A stretch of 31,843 nucleotides of DNA from an uncultured Gammaproteobacteria bacterium (GTDB lineage Bacteria > Patescibacteriota > Patescibacteriia > UBA2591 > UBA6264). Location of the stretch: contig CAZDOL010000007.1 of NCBI GenBank assembly GCA_964507075.1, forward strand, positions 1 through 31,843, in the 5' to 3' direction. Numbering within the stretch: position 1 is the first letter of the stretch; each line of letters begins with the position of its first letter. Position numbers and translations under genes: made by a program. The notes beneath the pieces were generated by a model. That model did no database searches and was not told where the DNA came from. It saw only the letters and a program-made list of their open reading frames with translations. Shown piece by piece: positions 31,659-31,843 of the stretch.

Positions 31659-31843
31659 TTATCCCCAAATGGGAATTTGCTCTGTATTTTTGGTCAGTTT
31701 TTTGCCAAATCGGAAAATGTTGCTTAAAGCCCGTTCGCAGAAAGGGTTTGCAAAGGGCAGAAGAAGGGGACAGTCCCCATTAGGGATTACTGGCAATCGT
31801 GGCAGAATCTCTATCGGGGGTTCTTCTACTGGCTCTACAACTG
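31659..31843 (-). pseudogene. Truncated paralogue of the propeller-protein N-terminal linker, fused to a copy of its 3' flank
   Basis: An open minus frame enters from the window edge. VVEPVEEPPIEILPRLPV parallels VVIEPEEELPTEVLPRLPV of the downstream gene. DNA at 31790-31843 is alignable with 31476-31532. The frame then runs through the GGGGACTGTCCCC terminator palindrome to a TAA at 31661-31659. Confidence 0.3.

Overview
Visibly AT-rich, gene-dense bacterial fragment read with the standard code (TGA is a stop). By inference it looks like a Candidate Phyla Radiation / Patescibacteria (Parcubacteria-like) genome. The grounds are compact translation genes, almost no Shine-Dalgarno sequences, a eukaryote-like type-2 IleRS, free-standing LAGLIDADG and GIY-YIG nucleases, and many membrane-anchored hypotheticals. 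Core content is glyQS (partial), rbfA, an HD hydrolase, tgt, recO, ileS, a glycosyltransferase with two membrane proteins, smpB, rpmB, an M50 protease, rpsL-rpsG-fusA (followed by ssrA/tmRNA, not tuf), infC-rpmI-rplT, tyrS, an MscS-type channel, recG, radA and a TolB-like propeller protein. There are six tRNAs: Glu-UUC, Pro-GGG, Asp-GUC, Arg-GCG, Ser-UGA and Ser-GCU. Four things deserve a second look. (1) A ~2.1 kb islet between tRNA-Asp and tRNA-Arg carries a NYN/LabA-like RNase behind a small terminated hairpin RNA. It also holds an XRE-ImmA/IrrE pair with a palindromic operator, and the cassettes end in repeated 3' modules. (2) A GC-rich nested-hairpin repeat family has a conserved basal stem (CCTTCGC ... 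GCTWCGGAKG) and a variable apical hairpin. Copies sit directly after the CCA of tmRNA and tRNA-Ser, next to a GIY-YIG gene, and as a 104-nt insert with a 12-nt duplication at the 5' end of tRNA-Arg. One copy lies in-frame inside ileS. (3) A recurrent intergenic module sits in front of tgt, rpmB, rpsL, rpsG, rplT and radA, ending in a 30-50 nt almost G-free CCAATTAACC-type leader that abuts the ATG. (4) Several oddities surround the RNA genes: rplT overlaps tRNA-Asp by 10 nt, the infC TTG start overlaps the GIY-YIG stop, and a tRNA-Ser-like 3' fragment has its T-loop split by twin perfect hairpins. All functional interpretations are hypotheses. No database search was possible.
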